A DNA stretch of 64,000 nt. Source: Phoronis australis. Its lineage: Eukaryota > Animalia > Phoronida. A program made the position numbers and the translations under genes. Under the pieces are notes generated by a model that worked only from the letters and a program-made list of their open reading frames with translations, ran no database searches and was not told the DNA's origin. The stretch lies in NCBI GenBank assembly GCA_002633005.1, contig NMRA01000049.1:716321-780320 (forward strand). The letters run 5' to 3'. Of the stretch, positions 63,863-64,000 are shown in pieces (within the stretch, counting starts at the first letter, position 1; each line of letters begins with the position of its first letter).

Positions 63863-64000
63863 TTCCCCTCAACGGCCCACCATAGTGTCGAAGGTTACAC
63901 GTTTCCACTTTGATGAGCTCATGTCGTGCTGCGTACCTTAATTTTCTCCAATAAATCTTATCTAGTTTTTATAGCATCGAGATAAATATCTTGGAATGAG

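Overview
Eukaryotic, repeat-rich, AT-rich genomic DNA. The repeat content (Tx1/L1, RTE, RTE-X and 2A-bearing LINE relics, Kolobok/THAP and Harbinger-type DNA transposon relics, microsatellites) looks like an invertebrate animal, but that is inference. The only clearly intact gene is a stand-alone ~14.9 kb multimodular non-ribosomal peptide synthetase (NRPS) on the + strand. It has a ~13.7 kb exon (33023-46697), one 556-bp GT-AG intron inside the thioesterase domain, and a last exon (47254-47900), giving ~4773 aa from the first ATG. Architecture read from motifs: C(remnant)-A1-T-E-C-A2-T-C-A3-T-E-C-A(vestigial)-T-TE. It predicts a D-L-D tripeptide starting with a Cys-like residue, plus a further condensation in a last module that lacks a working A domain. 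No tailoring, PPTase or transport genes are recognisable in the window. The rest is nested, decayed transposable elements.
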